A stretch of 61,895 bases of DNA, the filler included. It is 6 parts of 6 records of this genome, joined end to end, with 100 filler letters (N's around TTAATTAATTAA, not from the genome) between each part and the next. Parts side by side here need not be neighbours in the genome. Positions count along the whole stretch, not along the records: positions 53,302 to 61,895 come from SRR31156797_16869; 5 more parts are not named here. One strand, 5' to 3'. Shown one piece after another: positions 61,056 through 61,895 of the stretch. A model generated the notes under the pieces. That model saw only the letters and a program-made list of their open reading frames with translations, was not told the origin of the DNA and did not search any database. Each line of letters opens with the position of its first letter. The stretch's first letter is position 1. Made by a program: the position numbers and the translations under genes.

Positions 61056-61733
61056 CTACTGCACCTTCAACGACCAAAAAAAACGTTCTCCCCGGGCCGC
61101 AGGATAACTCGCAACATCACCGAGCATCCACCCATCAGGCAATTCTGCTTCAGCGGGCGGCGGGTCATTGGACAATATGACCGCAATGCCGGCCCTCTCT
61201 GCATCCTTGCGCAACATGGGATAAACAAAATCAAGCAACTGAGGCCACGGCATAAACGCTCGGCTGAGAATGAGATCAGCAGTGGCCTCGGCTCCGCCCT
61301 TTTCCAAGCGCTCCAAAGCATCTTCGGCCCTGCCGCGAAATACATTGGTGCCGGGCAATTTGAGCTTGCTGAGTACGGATGTCATAAACAGTGCCCGCTT
61401 CTCACGCAATTCGACAAGCCAGTAGTCCCCTTCCTGCCACAACGCACGTAAAGGAATCCCCGGCAACCCTGCTCCAGCCCCAAAATCAAGACACAACGGC
61501 CTGTCTCCAAGAGCTAATCCTTTCAAAAAATCAGCCAAAAACAGGGAATCCACCACAAGTGTATTGAAAACGGTCCTCCAATCAGACTTACCGACCAGAT
61601 TCATCTTCTTATTCCACTTGATAAGCTGCCCAAGATACACCGCCAACAGCTCGGCCTGCCCCGGATCAACGGGACGCCCCAACCGTTCCGCAGCAGCTAA
61701 AACATCATCATATGAAGGAGATACGTTCGCCAT
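61056..61733 (-). CDS. rsmG: 16S rRNA m7G527 methyltransferase
   Basis: WNKKMNLVG, DSL, DFGAGAGLPGIPL, RAE, SRAF. Confidence 0.92.
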   Translation of the reverse strand: MANVSPSYDDVLAAAERLGRPVDPGQAELLAVYLGQLIKWNKKMNLVGKSDWRTVFNTLVVDSLFLADFLKGLALGDRPLCLDFGAGAGLPGIPLRALWQEGDYWLVELREKRALFMTSVLSKLKLPGTNVFRGRAEDALERLEKGGAEATADLILSRAFMPWPQLLDFVYPMLRKDAERAGIAVILSNDPPPAEAELPDGWMLGDVASYPAARGERFFWSLKVQ

Positions 61734-61895
61734 GAATTATCCCTATAAATTACCCACTCCAAACATTCCGACTCCGACAAAGCGAAGCAGCGCAGCGCCC
61801 TTCGCACCCTCACCAGACAACGACGTGAGGCTTTCGAGAGTGGGACAGATGTGCATTCTCTCGGACGCAGTTTAACCGGAGGCGTAGCCTAGCTA

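Overview
The window is six unrelated contigs joined by 100-nt artificial linkers (N-run, TTAATTAATTAA, N-run), so no linkage can be read across a linker. Taxonomic labels are inferred from composition and gene content. (1) 1-9932, AT-rich, Bacillota-like: anaerobic sulfatase maturase and a 7TM LytS-type kinase/response regulator pair divergent from a truncated giant SdrD-B/DUF11 surface protein. (2) 10033-19033, Desulfobacterales-like: 3' end of a cobalamin riboswitch and its terminator ahead of an ABC-2 transporter-cbiZ operon, then a decayed mosaic (HgdC fragment, TonB-receptor/AraC chimera, a two-stop pseudogene) and a highly structured intergenic element. (3) 19134-24253, AT-rich, unassigned: 98-bp tandem repeat ahead of a 50-aa ORF, SRPBCC/SDR/SDR/START cluster, mini-lipoprotein, Cys/His hypothetical. 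(4) 24354-31308, Campylobacterota-like: HTH regulator with palindromic operators, stand-alone cusA, OmpR-type two-component system, probably leaderless ribE. (5) 31409-53201, Bacteroidota housekeeping block (tRNA-Leu part, lptB, tatC, recQ, HhH-barrel pair, purE, hpt, adk, obgE, MutS-like, parE/parC, aroK, CNT transporter, rplU). (6) 53302-61895, Desulfovibrionaceae-like (tRNA 3' half, Nif3, zinc ribbon, rnpB, ispDF, cysS, MarR, methyltransferase, rsmG). Best leads for new biology: the B12-riboswitch-controlled exporter-class ABC transporter with cbiZ, the ~157-nt structured element at 18218-18374, and the HhH/beta-barrel gene pair. All calls come from reading the sequence by eye; no database searches were run.
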